From positions 8,713 to 72,712 of the forward strand of contig CBEVQY010000006.1 of the NCBI GenBank assembly GCA_965552135.1: a stretch of DNA of 64,000 nucleotides, read 5' to 3'. Shown here piece by piece: positions 39,157 through 49,581 of this stretch (the stretch's first letter is position 1; each line of letters begins with the position of its first letter). The notes beneath the pieces were generated by a model. That model was given only the letters and a program-made list of their open reading frames with translations. It was not told the DNA's origin and searched no databases. Made by a program: the position numbers and the translations under genes. This DNA is from an uncultured bacterium (lineage in GTDB: Bacteria; UBP14; UBA6098; B30-G16).

Positions 39157-41367
39157 CTAAAGCCCCCTTCTTCGCTTTCGCTGGCGGTTGATCTGGTCTA
39201 TGTTGGCGGGTGGGACGGAATCCTGCGTGCCGCGGCGGAGGAGTTTTGGCGAAGAAGCCTCTTCGCCACTGTGCGAAAGCGGGCAGTACTGCGTGGGGAC
39301 GGGGTTTTTGCGCAGGAAGACCTCGTGCAGGACCTGCGGGCAGCGCTGCGTTGCGAGCAAGCCCGACTGCGCGCAGATATCGAGGAAGACGACCTCGTCG
39401 TAGGGTACCTCGAAGCTGTCGGCTTTTGTGGGTCCGAGGGGGTATGCGGCGAGCATAAGCTTAGTCCACACGGGCAGGGCGGCGCGCGAGCCGGTCATAC
39501 CCTCGCCTATGGGGGTCAGGTCGTCGAAGCCAACGCGAACGCCCGCCGTGATCTTCTTGGTGAAGCCAATAAACCACGCGTCGGTGTAGTCGTTTGTCGT
39601 GCCGGTTTTTCCGCCGCATGGGTGCAGGAAGCCGAACTTGCGCGCCGCATAGCCCGTACCGTGATCGACAACGCTTTGGAGCATCGACGTCATAACGTAC
39701 GCCGTCCCCTTCGAGAGGACCTCGACCTTTTTCGTCTTACCCTCGTATATGACCGTTCCGTCGCGGTCGACGATGCGGTCGATGTAGACGGGTGTGACGC
39801 GGACGCCTTGGTTCGGGAAGACGGAGTAGGCGACGACCATATCCCAAAGCCTCACCCCGCTTGATCCCATCGCGATGGAGAGCACAGGGTCAAGCGGCGT
39901 CGTTATGCCCATCCTGCGGGCGTACTTTATCACGTTTGCGGGTCCGACGGCTTCGCAAAGCCTTATCGACGCAAGGTTCCGGGATTTCGCAAGCGCCTCG
40001 CGCAGCGTTATCTTGCCGAGGTACTTGTGGTCGTAGTTGTGTGGTCGCCAGATCCTGCCGTCCGCCATGTCCCAAACGCCGGGGGTGTCCTCGATAATGT
40101 CTGAGGGCTGCCAGCCGTTGTCGATGGCGGCTGTGTAGACGAAAGGCTTAAACGCAGACCCCGGCTGCCTGACAGCCTGCGTGACGCGGTTGAACTGGCT
40201 CTGCTGAAAGTCCTTGCCGCCCACCATAACCAAAATCCTGCCCGTCTCGTTTTCGATGGCGAAGACCGCGCCGTTTATCTCTTTCCAAACCCTGACCGAG
40301 TCGTGCGATGTGCTGTCCCAGACGACCTTGGTGTAGATGGGGTCGTCTTTGTGGTGGGTTACCTCGATTCGTCGCTGAAGCATGCGCAGGCGTCCGCGGA
40401 GCGTGTCCTCGGCAACCTTCTGGAGGGCGTAGTTGAGTGTTGTGTAGATGGTCACGCCCTGGGTGTAGAGCCAGTCGTCGCCGTATTCGTCGGCGAGCCT
40501 TTGGCGCACGAAGTCGACGAAGTAGGGTGCCTTCCAGCCGATGCCCCGTCGCCGCGGCTTGAAGCGCAGCGGGATGCTCTGCAGCGAGTCGAGGTTTTCG
40601 GCGCACACAACGCAGGTGTCGGAGAGAAAATCGGTCTCCGACATGAGCCTGAGCACAAGGTTTCTGCGCATAAGCGCCCTTTTGGGGTTTCGGATGTACG
40701 CCGCCGGCGCACGGAGTATCCCGACCAAAAACGCCGCCTCCTCCGGTCCAAGCTCCGACGCGTCTTTGCCGAAAAACGCCTGCGAGGCAGCCTCAACGCC
40801 GTAGCCCCGACCCATGTAGTTCTGATTTATGTAGAGCTCCAGTATCTCGTTTTTGGAGTACTTTTTCTCCAGCCGAATTGCTGTGAGCGCTTCCTTTATC
40901 TTCCTGGTCAGGACCTTTTCGCGGCTCAGGAAGAGGTTTCGTGCAAGCTGCTGCGTTATCGTGCTTCCGCCCTGAACTATTCGCCCCGCGCGGATGTTGG
41001 CAACCATCGCGCCGAGGATGCGCCAGGGGTCTATGCCCCAGTGGCTGTAGAAGCGCCTGTCTTCGGTGGCGATGAGCGCCTTTATGAAGCACGGCGAGAC
41101 CTCGTCGAGGGAGACCCATATCCGCTTTTCGCCGGCGAACTCGGCGAGGAGCACGCCGTCGGCGGAGTACATCTGGCTCACAAGCGGCGGGCGGTACTCC
41201 TCGAGCACCTCAGGATCGGGAAGCTGCGGCAGGTAGAGCAGATACACGACGAACAGTATCACGCCGGGACCGATGAGCCCGCACAAAAAGCCCAAAAGCG
41301 CGAAGGTGCCGGCGTAAAGCCAGCTGAAGGGTCTGCGAACCGCAACAACTATCGATGTCCTGTTCAT
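39157..41367 (-). CDS. mrcA: Penicillin-binding protein 1A (bifunctional glycosyltransferase/transpeptidase)
   Basis: GT51 motifs EDRRFYSHWG, GGSTITQQLARNL, RKIKE; transpeptidase SxxK (GSAFKP), SxN, KTGT. Confidence 0.88.
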   Translation of the reverse strand: MNRTSIVVAVRRPFSWLYAGTFALLGFLCGLIGPGVILFVVYLLYLPQLPDPEVLEEYRPPLVSQMYSADGVLLAEFAGEKRIWVSLDEVSPCFIKALIATEDRRFYSHWGIDPWRILGAMVANIRAGRIVQGGSTITQQLARNLFLSREKVLTRKIKEALTAIRLEKKYSKNEILELYINQNYMGRGYGVEAASQAFFGKDASELGPEEAAFLVGILRAPAAYIRNPKRALMRRNLVLRLMSETDFLSDTCVVCAENLDSLQSIPLRFKPRRRGIGWKAPYFVDFVRQRLADEYGDDWLYTQGVTIYTTLNYALQKVAEDTLRGRLRMLQRRIEVTHHKDDPIYTKVVWDSTSHDSVRVWKEINGAVFAIENETGRILVMVGGKDFQQSQFNRVTQAVRQPGSAFKPFVYTAAIDNGWQPSDIIEDTPGVWDMADGRIWRPHNYDHKYLGKITLREALAKSRNLASIRLCEAVGPANVIKYARRMGITTPLDPVLSIAMGSSGVRLWDMVVAYSVFPNQGVRVTPVYIDRIVDRDGTVIYEGKTKKVEVLSKGTAYVMTSMLQSVVDHGTGYAARKFGFLHPCGGKTGTTNDYTDAWFIGFTKKITAGVRVGFDDLTPIGEGMTGSRAALPVWTKLMLAAYPLGPTKADSFEVPYDEVVFLDICAQSGLLATQRCPQVLHEVFLRKNPVPTQYCPLSHSGEEASSPKLLRRGTQDSVPPANIDQINRQRKRRRGL

Positions 41368-41415
41368 ACTACGAAGATACGCTCGTCCTCGGCTTTTTTC
41401 AACAAGCTTAGCGGT

Positions 41416-43974
41416 TCACTCGCTCAGCCGACCGATGAGGCTTTCTATTTGCTTGTCTATGTTGAGGTTGATGCCCTCCGTCCAGAGGAGGGGTTTTGCG
41501 TCCACAAGGAGCAGTATCGACGGGAGCCTCTTGAACTTAACGACCGACTTAAGCCTTTCCTCCGTCCCGAAGAAGATTCTGCCCTTAAGCCCGTTTTGCC
41601 GGCAGAACCTCTTTGCCTCCCCGGCGCTTTCGGTCTCGACGAAGATGAGCTTCCTCACGCCCTCGACCTTTGCGAGCCTTTTGGCTGTGGATATTGAGCT
41701 TTCGTGCTTCGTTTCGAAGAACGCGACGACGACCTTTCCTTCCCGCCAGTCGACCTCGCGCAGCCTGCGGCGTGAGATGTCCCTGAGGTTTTCTGTGTTG
41801 AGCCCTCTAAACTTTCTCACAACCAGGTCGCCGGGCTCAACGGCTTCGACAGGTGGAAGCCCTGTTGGCACAACGACGCCCTCGGTCGGCACCGCAAACG
41901 GCGTGATCCTTACGAATGCGTCCCCCTTCGCGTTCCGCCAGCCGGTTACGAAGGCGTAGCTCCCCTCAGGAACGTCCTTGAACACGACGACCGAGTCGCG
42001 CGCCTCCTTGGGCGGGGTTATGTCGACCATCCTGCCCTCGGGCGAGAGCTTCACCAAAGCGAAGTCGTCGTAGTAATCGAGCTGCGTGCGCGGGAACCCG
42101 CCGTCGGAGAAGAGGACATCCACCGAGCTTGTTCTCCTTCGCTCTTCCTTTTTCTGCGAGAGGGCGACGCGCCTCCACTCTTTGCCGTCGAAGTACTCAG
42201 CTGCCTCGTAGTCCCATGCGATTCGCGCCGGCACGCCGTGGAGTCTCATCGCTGCGACGAAGACGCCAAGCCTCTCAAGTCGGCTACCCGTGCGGGCTCT
42301 TAGAACCTGCGCAGGGTTCATAACGCCGCCGAAGTAGCTTTTGTCCGAAAGGGTATCGAGCTTGAGGACGACCTTTTCGAGCACCTTTTGCGCAAGCTCA
42401 TCGGGTTTGCCCGAAAAGCGCCTCACCTTGCGCCAAACCGTGCTCTGCCAGAAGCCGAAGTTCTCCCAGAGGATTCTCGGGTTTGCGACGTAATTCCAGA
42501 AGAGGGAGTCGGGCACGTCGAGCTTTGCCGACCTCTCCCGCATCTCGCGGATGTTCGACCAGAGGACCTCCCAGCCCGCCGAGTCGGGGACGAGCAGGTC
42601 CTTGTCCGACATAGCCTCCCAGAGGTCGAGTATGTCTTTGTGGTCGTTGGGGTGCGCCCTCCAGAAGGACAAGAGGCTTTCACGATTTCCTCTGGCGCGG
42701 TTGATGCAGGTAAGGAAGCGCGCGGCGAGGGATGAGTCGTCGATGCAGCTTAACACCTCCTTCGGCACCGCCTCGAGCCTCTCCTGCACGAGGTCGTGGC
42801 GAAGGTACGCGGTCTTGGGGGGCTTGTAGGTCGTGTCCCTTTCGACCTCGATCCTTTCGCGGACGCGAAGCCAAAACGCCGTGTCGGGAAGCTCCCTTCG
42901 CGAAAGCACAAGCGTCACATTCTCAACGCCGTCGCCAACGGTGAAGGGTACTATCTGGAAATCCCACGCCGAGTCCTTTCCTGCCGACACGAAAAGGTCC
43001 GCCTTCCCAACGACGAAGTGAGCCTTGCCCGCGGAGTCGGTGTAGTGGTGCGCCACGGGTCGCAGCGATGAGAAGTTGAAGACCGAGATCCACACGTCCG
43101 CGCTTTCGGCGGGCTCGCCCGCGCTGTCGAAAACCGTTACGAAAAGACCCGTGGTGTCGGTGTAGTTCGCCGTTAGGTTGAGTATCGTGAATCCATCGTT
43201 CGCGAAGTAGACGGGCTCGCTTGGGTCTTCGACCTTCCCCCACGCGATCCCTTTTATCACAGCTGCCCGCTTCGATGCCTTGTCGAACCAGGCATTGTCG
43301 AGCGGTGTCATTTCGGCGCCGCCGAGGAAGTGCCAGCCGTCGCCGGTCCAAACCTCAACCCACGCGTGGTTCGAGTTCGTGAAGGGCCAGTAGGGGGTGT
43401 ATACGTCTCTGGCGGGTATCCCCACTGCTCGGCACGCCTTTATAAAAAGCATCGCCATCTCCTCGCACCTGCCGATGCCGCGGCGCAGCGTCTGCTCAGC
43501 TGTCTGGTCCCAGCGGGAAGTCGGCTCGTACTTCATCTGCTCATACGCCCACTCGTTCAGCCTGTAGACCGCGCAGCGCAGGTCGGAACAGTCCTTTACG
43601 CGCTCCCATACCTCGCGCCAGTGGTTCTTCCGAAAATACTCCAAAGGCTCCTGCGAGACCCTGTAGGGCAGCACGTAGTGCATAAAGAGGTTTTCGGGAA
43701 CCTCCTTTGTCCACGGCGCCAAAGCGAGGGCTGAGTCAAGGGCGGTAAGCTCCGCCAAAAGGGAGTCGGCGTTCAGCGAGACGAGGTCTGTGGTAGGCAT
43801 CGATCTTAGCAAGAACTTGACCCACTTGCGCTTCCTGCCTTTAGCCTTCCTCAAAAGCTTTGCCACCTGTGGGTTGCGCTTTTTCGCCTGCGCCAGCGTA
43901 AGTGCCCGCCAGTCGGCAGATGCCACAGCGCACAGCAGAGCCAGAAGCACAACGATCACCCGTCTTTGTGCCAT
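41416..43974 (-). CDS. Transglutaminase-like domain protein with a C-terminal thioredoxin-like region, secreted
   Basis: Signal peptide (MAQRRVIVVLLALLCAVASA). GIGRCEEMAMLF...NSNHAWVEVW..DGWHFLGG transglutaminase core Cys-His-Asp. Start trimmed to an internal ATG. Confidence 0.65.
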   Translation of the reverse strand: MAQRRVIVVLLALLCAVASADWRALTLAQAKKRNPQVAKLLRKAKGRKRKWVKFLLRSMPTTDLVSLNADSLLAELTALDSALALAPWTKEVPENLFMHYVLPYRVSQEPLEYFRKNHWREVWERVKDCSDLRCAVYRLNEWAYEQMKYEPTSRWDQTAEQTLRRGIGRCEEMAMLFIKACRAVGIPARDVYTPYWPFTNSNHAWVEVWTGDGWHFLGGAEMTPLDNAWFDKASKRAAVIKGIAWGKVEDPSEPVYFANDGFTILNLTANYTDTTGLFVTVFDSAGEPAESADVWISVFNFSSLRPVAHHYTDSAGKAHFVVGKADLFVSAGKDSAWDFQIVPFTVGDGVENVTLVLSRRELPDTAFWLRVRERIEVERDTTYKPPKTAYLRHDLVQERLEAVPKEVLSCIDDSSLAARFLTCINRARGNRESLLSFWRAHPNDHKDILDLWEAMSDKDLLVPDSAGWEVLWSNIREMRERSAKLDVPDSLFWNYVANPRILWENFGFWQSTVWRKVRRFSGKPDELAQKVLEKVVLKLDTLSDKSYFGGVMNPAQVLRARTGSRLERLGVFVAAMRLHGVPARIAWDYEAAEYFDGKEWRRVALSQKKEERRRTSSVDVLFSDGGFPRTQLDYYDDFALVKLSPEGRMVDITPPKEARDSVVVFKDVPEGSYAFVTGWRNAKGDAFVRITPFAVPTEGVVVPTGLPPVEAVEPGDLVVRKFRGLNTENLRDISRRRLREVDWREGKVVVAFFETKHESSISTAKRLAKVEGVRKLIFVETESAGEAKRFCRQNGLKGRIFFGTEERLKSVVKFKRLPSILLLVDAKPLLWTEGINLNIDKQIESLIGRLSE

Positions 43975-44080
43975 GTCGAATCCTCCCAAGCAAGCCCTTG
44001 TCTTGGCGATTTTAACCACAAAAGCGCTTGTGCGAAAGCTCTTTTTCTAAGCTTGCCCTTCGAAACTCCGCCGATTTGAG

Positions 44081-44109
44081 TTGACTTGCTGGTGTGGGCG
44101 TTTCATATT
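44081..44109 (+). promoter_or_regulatory. Putative promoter TTGACT-N17-CATATT upstream of the SPFH gene
   Basis: TTGACT 44081-44086, 17-nt spacer, CATATT 44104-44109. ATG at 44141 with the RBS GGTAGGAGGGAG. Confidence 0.35.
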
Positions 44110-44140
44110 GTTCGAAACCGCCAAGGTAGGAGGGAGCTTT

Positions 44141-44908
44141 ATGGGGATCGCTATTCTCATCGTCGTCGGCGTCATAATCCTTTTTAGCGCGATAAGGGTT
44201 TTGAGGGAGTATGAGCGCGGGGTTGTTTTCAGGCTGGGGCGGCTCGTCGGCGCCAAGGGACCCGGGCTTATAATCCTCATCCCCATCATCGACAAGATGG
44301 TGAAGGTGAGCCTCAGGACCTACGTCCTCGACGTCCCGCCGCAGGATATCATAACGCGCGACAACGTCTCGGTTCAGGTAAACGCGGTGGTGTACTTTCG
44401 CGTCATAGAGCCGACGAAGGCTGTGGTAGAGGTGGAAAACTACCTCTACGCCACAAGCCAGCTTGCCCAAACCACCCTTCGCTCCGTTTTGGGCGAGGTC
44501 GAGCTCGACGACCTCTTAAGCTCCCGCGAGGCTATAAACAAAAAGCTCCAGGAGATCATAGACCGCGAGACTGATCCCTGGGGCATAAAGGTTTCGATGG
44601 TTGAGATAAAGCACGTTGATCTTCCGGAGGAGATGCGCCGTGCGATGGCGGCTCAGGCTGAGGCTGAGCGCGAGAGGCGGGCGAAGGTTATATCGGCGCA
44701 GGGCGAGTATCAGGCGGCGGAGAAGCTGCGGGAGGCGGCAAAGATTATGAGCGAGTTCCCGGCGGCGCTGCAGCTGCGATATCTGCAGACTCTAAACGTC
44801 ATTGCCGCGGAAAACAACTCCACCATAGTCTTCCCGCTGCCTCTGGATATACTCAAGGCTTTCGTCGAGGGCTACATCCGAAGCTCACAGACGGCGCCAG
44901 GGGAGTAA
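44141..44908 (+). CDS. SPFH/band-7 (stomatin/slipin-like) membrane protein
   Basis: N-terminal TM helix then SPFH domain ([19 protein letters not shown]..., [15 protein letters not shown]). The track ORF starts at an alternative TTG; ATG at 44141. Confidence 0.8.
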   Translation: MGIAILIVVGVIILFSAIRVLREYERGVVFRLGRLVGAKGPGLIILIPIIDKMVKVSLRTYVLDVPPQDIITRDNVSVQVNAVVYFRVIEPTKAVVEVENYLYATSQLAQTTLRSVLGEVELDDLLSSREAINKKLQEIIDRETDPWGIKVSMVEIKHVDLPEEMRRAMAAQAEAERERRAKVISAQGEYQAAEKLREAAKIMSEFPAALQLRYLQTLNVIAAENNSTIVFPLPLDILKAFVEGYIRSSQTAPGE

Positions 44909-44988
44909 GGATTTGCGGTTGACAGAACGGAAAATTTATTTAGACTTTTAGGTCGTTCGGAACGCAAGAAGGAGGTAAGGGCGAAAAA

Positions 44989-45594
44989 GTGCACAGACGA
45001 AATGCGCCTCGCCGCGACTGGGGGAACCGCCCCAGGGTGAACGAGATGATAAGGGTAAGGCAGGTAAGGCTCATAGGTCCCGACGGGAGGCAGCTTGGGA
45101 TAGTTCCCACAGAGGAAGCCCTGAGGCGCGCATACGAGCTCGACCTCGACCTGGTCGAAATCGCTCCAAAGGAAAATCCCCCGGTCTGCAAGATAATGGA
45201 CTACGGCAAGTACCTCTACGAGCTCAAGAAGAAGGAGAAGGAGGCGAAGAAACACCAGGCAGTAACGCAGCTTAAGGAGATACGCCTCACCGCCAGGATC
45301 GGCGAGCACGACTATCAGGTCAAGCTGCGGCGGATAAGGGAGTTTTTGGAGCAGGGACATAGGGTTAGGGTCTCCCTGCGCTTCAGGGGTAGGGAGATAA
45401 CCCACAAAGAGCTTGGTGAGCGCATAATGCAGCGCATCGTGGATGAGACCGGCGACCTTGGGAAGGTCGAGTTCGGTCCGAAGTTCGAGGGAAGGTTTAT
45501 GGTGATGCAGCTTGTTCCGACTGGGGGCAGGAAGAAGACGAGCAAAGCCTCGAAGCTCGAAGCCGCCGCCGTCGAGGAGAAGAAGGGGGGTTGA
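44989..45594 (+). CDS. infC: Translation initiation factor IF-3
   Basis: IRVRQVRLIGPDGRQLGIV...LVEIAP...PVCKIMDYGK and C-domain. Begins with GTG (44989) eight nt after the strong RBS GAAGGAGGTAAGG, consistent with the non-AUG starts typical of infC. Confidence 0.85.
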   Translation: MHRRNAPRRDWGNRPRVNEMIRVRQVRLIGPDGRQLGIVPTEEALRRAYELDLDLVEIAPKENPPVCKIMDYGKYLYELKKKEKEAKKHQAVTQLKEIRLTARIGEHDYQVKLRRIREFLEQGHRVRVSLRFRGREITHKELGERIMQRIVDETGDLGKVEFGPKFEGRFMVMQLVPTGGRKKTSKASKLEAAAVEEKKGG

Positions 45595-45597
45595 CAT

Positions 45598-45795
45598 ATG
45601 CCCAAGCTCAAGACCAAAAGGGGCGTTCGCAGGCGGTTTAAGATAACCGCCACGGGCAAGGTCATGGCCTATCGTGCGGGCAAGATCCACCTCAAGCGCA
45701 AGAAGAGCTCGGTACGCAAGAGGCGGCTCAGGCAGAAGCAGGTTTTGTGCACAAGCGACGCCCGCAAGGCGAAGAAGATGCTTCCTTACGGTTGA
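45598..45795 (+). CDS. rpmI: 50S ribosomal protein L35
   Basis: [22 protein letters not shown]..., 65 aa. Confidence 0.9.
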   Translation: MPKLKTKRGVRRRFKITATGKVMAYRAGKIHLKRKKSSVRKRRLRQKQVLCTSDARKAKKMLPYG

Positions 45796-45859
45796 AGTTC
45801 TTCGGGCACCGCAAGAGGGTGCTTTGCACCCCGCCCGGGGATTTTTAGGGAGGTGAGCT

Positions 45860-46216
45860 ATGCGCAACATTCCGAAGGTTCCGGCGCACCGCAGGAGGCG
45901 CAAGTACGTCAAGGCTGCGAAGGGGTACTTCGGCGGCAGACACAGGCTCTATCGCACCGCCCGCGAGGTTGTCGAGCGCGCGTGGCAGTTCCAGTACATC
46001 CACCGCAAACTGCGCAAACGCGACTTCCGCAGGCTTTGGATCGTGCGCATAAACGCCGCCGCAAGGCTCAACGGAACGACCTACTCCAAGCTCATGGGCG
46101 CGCTTAAGCAAAAGAACATCCGCATCGACCGCAAGATGCTCGCCATGCTTGCGGTGGAGGACCCCAAGGCGTTCTCGCGGGTGGTTCAGGTTGCGATGGG
46201 GACTGAGGCATCTTAA
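45860..46216 (+). CDS. rplT: 50S ribosomal protein L20
   Basis: ...[39 protein letters not shown]..., 118 aa. Confidence 0.9.
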   Translation: MRNIPKVPAHRRRRKYVKAAKGYFGGRHRLYRTAREVVERAWQFQYIHRKLRKRDFRRLWIVRINAAARLNGTTYSKLMGALKQKNIRIDRKMLAMLAVEDPKAFSRVVQVAMGTEAS

Positions 46217-46225
46217 CCCCGCGCT

Positions 46226-47242
46226 ATGGACCTCGCCGAGATCAAAAGCCGCCTTACCGAGATTCTCCGTGAGGCGGAGGAAAGGCGCAAGCTCGCTGCC
46301 GAGGAGGAGCTCCCCAAGCTTAAGGCTAAGTTTTTGGGGAGGAAGGGTGAGCTTTCCTCGCTGATGAGGCTTTTGGGCACGCTTCCGCCGCAGCAGCGCC
46401 CCGAGGCGGGAAGACTCGCCAACGAGGTTAAGCGGAAGCTTGAGGCTCTCTTCGCCGACGTCGGCGTCAGACCAAAGCCAAAAGCCCCCTCCTTCGATCC
46501 AACGCTCCCCGGCAGAAAGCCCGTGGTGGGCGGGCTGCACCCCATAAGGATGGTTTTGCGCGAGATTGTCGACATCTTCTACGGGATGGGTTTCTCCGTC
46601 GTGGGCGGTCCGGAGATCGAGACGGAGTACTACAACTTCGATGCCCTAAACACGCCCGAGGACCATCCCGCAAGGGACATACAGGATACCTTTTACCTTC
46701 CCCGGCGCGGCTGGCTTTTGCGGACGCAGACGTCGCCTGTGCAGATAAGGGTGATGGAGAGCCGCAAGCCGCCCATAAGGATCATAGCGCCCGGCAGGTG
46801 CTTCCGCAGGGATGCCATCGACGCAACCCACTACTACACCTTCCATCAGGTCGAGGGGCTTTACGTCGACAGGGACGTTACCTTTGCCGACCTTAAGGGC
46901 GTTTTGACCGCGTTTGCCAAAAGGCTTTTGGGCGAAAGCGCGCAGGTGCGCTTCAGACCCCACTTCTTCCCCTTCACCGAGCCATCGGTGGAGTACGACT
47001 TTTCGTGTCCCGTCTGCGGGGGCGCGGGCTGCAGACTGTGCAAAAACACCGGCTGGATCGAGATCTCGGGCGCGGGAATGGTGGCACCGGAGGTCTTCAG
47101 AGCCGTCGGATACGACCCCGAGGAAGTTCAGGGCTACGCCTTCGGCATGGGCGTGGAGAGGATCGCTATGGTCAAGTTCGGGATAGACGACATAAGGCTT
47201 TTTTACGAAAACGACCTCGCCTTCCTTGAGCAGTTTCGATAG
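46226..47242 (+). CDS. pheS: Phenylalanine--tRNA ligase alpha subunit
   Basis: Class II aaRS motifs (FRPHFFPFTEPS, GAGMVAPEVF, GMGVERIAM). pheT does not follow. Confidence 0.92.
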   Translation: MDLAEIKSRLTEILREAEERRKLAAEEELPKLKAKFLGRKGELSSLMRLLGTLPPQQRPEAGRLANEVKRKLEALFADVGVRPKPKAPSFDPTLPGRKPVVGGLHPIRMVLREIVDIFYGMGFSVVGGPEIETEYYNFDALNTPEDHPARDIQDTFYLPRRGWLLRTQTSPVQIRVMESRKPPIRIIAPGRCFRRDAIDATHYYTFHQVEGLYVDRDVTFADLKGVLTAFAKRLLGESAQVRFRPHFFPFTEPSVEYDFSCPVCGGAGCRLCKNTGWIEISGAGMVAPEVFRAVGYDPEEVQGYAFGMGVERIAMVKFGIDDIRLFYENDLAFLEQFR

Positions 47243-47260
47243 TCTGCTTTTGCGACGTTC

Positions 47261-49498
47261 TCAGCGCACGAGGGCAAGCTTTTTGTGCACGACCTTGCCG
47301 TCTGTGGTGTGGACCACCGCGATGTAGACCCCCGAGGTGATGCCCTCCTCGGGCTGCCAGATCCATCTCCCTACGCACTCCTGAGGGACGTTGACCAGCC
47401 TGCCCAGAACATCGCATATCTCGACGGTGGAACCTCGGGGCGCAGCGATAACGCACGACGAGTTGAACGGATTCGGGTATACGGAGATTTCCATTGCCTT
47501 CGGCTTGTTTTGGCTGTGTTCAGCGATTATTGACGAGCCGTATTCGTCTGCGCCGATGTCCCAGCCGGCGCCTTGGGGTCGATCGCCGCCTTCGAAATCG
47601 TAACCCGGTGCGTATATAACTGTGCCCCAGATTGGGACATAAATGGATTCCGCCCCCGCATCTATGCAGGGGGAGGTTTCGGAGAGGTGGAAAAGTGAAT
47701 CAGCAAAAAGCGGGTCGGCGTTTATGTTCCCGGGACCCCAGATGATTTCGGATCCAGTCTCGATATAGCATTCGCTGGAATCTATGTCCGTGTATGCAAC
47801 GAAGAGAGTGCAGGGATAGGGTGTGCCACCGGATTCATCGTATCTTACATAAACCTCATTTCCCGAACTGGCGGTATTTTGCCATAGGATGGTGTTGAAG
47901 ATTATTAGCTTAGAGTCTTCCCAGCAGTAAATCCCGCCGCCCTTGTTGCCTGCCGAGTTTCCGCATATTGTGTTGTTCATTATTGTTGGGTTGGACTCCT
48001 CCCAGCAGGAAATCCCGCCGCCATGGAGGTCTGCCGAGTTTCCGCATATTGTGTTATTCGCTATCGTCGCATTGCCGCAGGAAATCCCGCCGCCGTAATT
48101 TGCCGTGTTTCCGCTTATTGTGTTATTCGCTATCGTCGCGCTGTCGCAGTAAATCCCGCCGCCGGTCCAATCTGCTAAGTTTCCGTTTATTATATTGCTC
48201 ACTATTGTGGGGTTGTCCTCATCACGCCGGCAGTAAATCCCGCCGCCGTATTCTGCCGAGTTTCCGCTTATTGTGTTGTTCTCTATTGTCGGGCTGGAAT
48301 TATTATAGCAGTAAATTCCGCCGCCTTTGCTTGCCGAGTTTTCGCTTATTGTGTTGCCTGTTATTGTCGGGCTGGAGCTCCAGCAGTGAATCCCGCCGCC
48401 ATATTCTGCCGTGTTTTCATTTATTGTGTTATCTTCTATTGTTGGGGTGGAGCAGTAACAGTAAATCCCGCCGCCGTAGTTTTCTGCTGTGTTTCTGCTT
48501 ATTGTGTTGCTTTCTATCGTCGGATTGGACTCATCGCGGCAGTAAATTCCGCCGCCATGGAGGCCTGCCGAGTTTACGCTCATCGTGTTGCCTGTTATCG
48601 TCGGGCTGGAATTATTGCAGGAAATCCCGCCGCCACGGAATGCCGAGTTTCCGCTTATTATGTTGTTCGCTATTATTGGGTTGGATTCATAATAGCAGTA
48701 AATCCCGCCTCCGAGACTGTCCGCCCAGTTCCCGCTTATTGTGTTGTTTTCTACTGTCGGGCTGGAGTGGTCGCAGTAAATCCCGCCGCCATGGAGGCCT
48801 GCCGAGTTTACGCTCATCATGTTGCCTGTTATCGTCGGGCTGGAATTGTCGCAGGAAATCCCGCCGCCGTAATCTGCCGTGTTTCCGCTTATCATGTTGT
48901 TTGCTATTGTCGGGTTGGAAGAATATAAGCAGCCAATCCCACCGCCGTGGTCTGCTGAGTTTTTGCTTATTGTGTTGTTTTCTATCATCGGGCTGGAGTA
49001 TTCACAGTAAATCCCACCGCCGCAGTTATCAGGATGATCGCCAAACGCATTCCCATATTCAATTCTGCAGTACATCAGCGTGCAGCCCTCCGCCGCGTGA
49101 TAAAACCTTATGCCGTGATGACCGCCAGTGGAATCCGTCAAAACTGTATCCTGAGCCGTGAAGACTATGCTATCGGTCGGGGTGCCTATAGCCTTCAGCA
49201 CAGCATTACTGTCCACGCAGAACTTGTAGTGGCCGGTGAAGATTATCGAGCATCCAGGCTCTATCACGAGCATGCTGTCGGTGGGGATGTGGATTTCGCA
49301 ATCTACGTAGTACGGTGAGCACTCTACTGTCCACACGCCAAAAACGTCGCCACAGACGTGGGTGCCGTCTGTGGCAGTTGTTGAGGTCGTTTTGCGCGCT
49401 TTGGCATCGGCATCGGCGGTGCGCTCAAAAGAACCCGAAAAAGACTGGGGAAAACAGAAAGAGAAAATGACGGAGAAAACCAGAATCACTCTCCTCAT
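47261..49498 (-). CDS. Secreted right-handed parallel beta-helix repeat protein with T9SS type A CTD (paralog A)
   Basis: Start trimmed to MRRVILVFSVIFSFCF (ATG verified at 49496-49498). More than 15 tandem approximately 22-aa units NNTISGNSA..GGGIYC. C-terminus VYPNPFNSSCVIAAP...ICDVLGRLV...GVYIAVV...KLALVR. Confidence 0.7.
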   Translation of the reverse strand: MRRVILVFSVIFSFCFPQSFSGSFERTADADAKARKTTSTTATDGTHVCGDVFGVWTVECSPYYVDCEIHIPTDSMLVIEPGCSIIFTGHYKFCVDSNAVLKAIGTPTDSIVFTAQDTVLTDSTGGHHGIRFYHAAEGCTLMYCRIEYGNAFGDHPDNCGGGIYCEYSSPMIENNTISKNSADHGGGIGCLYSSNPTIANNMISGNTADYGGGISCDNSSPTITGNMMSVNSAGLHGGGIYCDHSSPTVENNTISGNWADSLGGGIYCYYESNPIIANNIISGNSAFRGGGISCNNSSPTITGNTMSVNSAGLHGGGIYCRDESNPTIESNTISRNTAENYGGGIYCYCSTPTIEDNTINENTAEYGGGIHCWSSSPTITGNTISENSASKGGGIYCYNNSSPTIENNTISGNSAEYGGGIYCRRDEDNPTIVSNIINGNLADWTGGGIYCDSATIANNTISGNTANYGGGISCGNATIANNTICGNSADLHGGGISCWEESNPTIMNNTICGNSAGNKGGGIYCWEDSKLIIFNTILWQNTASSGNEVYVRYDESGGTPYPCTLFVAYTDIDSSECYIETGSEIIWGPGNINADPLFADSLFHLSETSPCIDAGAESIYVPIWGTVIYAPGYDFEGGDRPQGAGWDIGADEYGSSIIAEHSQNKPKAMEISVYPNPFNSSCVIAAPRGSTVEICDVLGRLVNVPQECVGRWIWQPEEGITSGVYIAVVHTTDGKVVHKKLALVR
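47441..47800. repeat. Near-identical approximately 360-bp block shared with 49783-50142 (C-proximal coding region of the two beta-helix paralogs)
   Basis: Identical nucleotide strings read in both copies (e.g. gcgcagcgataacgcacgacgagttgaacggattcgggtatacggagatttccattgcc). Boundaries approximate. Confidence 0.7.
48890..49498. repeat. Near-identical approximately 600-bp block shared with 50830-51444 (5' coding region of the two beta-helix paralogs)
   Basis: Identical strings (e.g. ttgctattgtcgggttggaagaatataagcagccaatcccaccgccgtggtctgctgagt) and N-terminal approximately 200 aa identical except for a few substitutions. Boundaries approximate. Confidence 0.7.
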
Positions 49499-49581
49499 AA
49501 CTCCCTCCTTTGGTAAGCTCTTTGTAAAAATTAGCCGAGGTTCGAAGATGCGCAAGAGGGAAGTGATCTTTTGTGGGGATG

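Noticed and set aside
39148-41697. + strand ORFs 39148-39864 and 40303-41697
   Set aside because: Antisense to PBP1A (GT51 and transpeptidase motifs present on the minus strand).
47968-49161. 397-aa ORF (and 48386-48928) on the + strand with highly repetitive Cys/Ser/Leu-rich translation
   Set aside because: It is the antisense reading of the 66-bp-periodic beta-helix repeats of the minus-strand gene. Periodicity keeps the opposite frame open. No start context.
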